Part shown: positions 20,818 through 20,819 of the stretch, one piece after another
Layout: each line of letters starts with the position of its first letter
Numbering within the stretch: position 1 is the first letter of the stretch
DNA from: Paraspadella gotoi
Lineage: Eukaryota > Animalia > Chaetognatha
NCBI GenBank assembly: GCA_051294375.1
Contig: JBJCIZ010000866.1
Span: 1 to 20,819, forward strand
Direction: 5' to 3'
DNA: 20,819 bases
The notes under the pieces: generated by a model
The model's database searches: none
Seen by the model: the letters and a program-made list of their open reading frames with translations, nothing else
Told to the model about the DNA's origin: nothing
Translations under genes and position numbers: made by a program

Positions 20818-20819
20818 AT

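Overview
AT-rich eukaryotic (probably invertebrate) repeat-rich DNA with no intact protein-coding gene, rRNA, tRNA or CRISPR array that I can support. It contains: (i) remnants of a Penelope-like retroelement (PLE), namely GIY-YIG endonuclease fragments at 17586-17693 (+), ~20340-20712 (-) and 20740-20817 (+), plus two copies of the 3' UTR/pseudo-LTR, the cleaner one carrying a minimal type I hammerhead ribozyme (17412-17452, -); (ii) two families of Helentron/DINE-1-like non-autonomous rolling-circle elements; (iii) large palindromic (foldback/MITE) elements; (iv) a GC-rich ~490-bp-period repeat at ~690-1485 built from a chain of short hairpins, which I cannot assign to a family; (v) a coding-like fragment between ~125-bp direct repeats; (vi) micro- and minisatellites. 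About 6.4 kb (9857-16269) is mostly an indel-ridden re-read of neighbouring sequence ending at a 25-N gap, most likely a raw long-read gap-filling artefact, so ORFs there are not meaningful. All alignments, translations and folds were done by eye.
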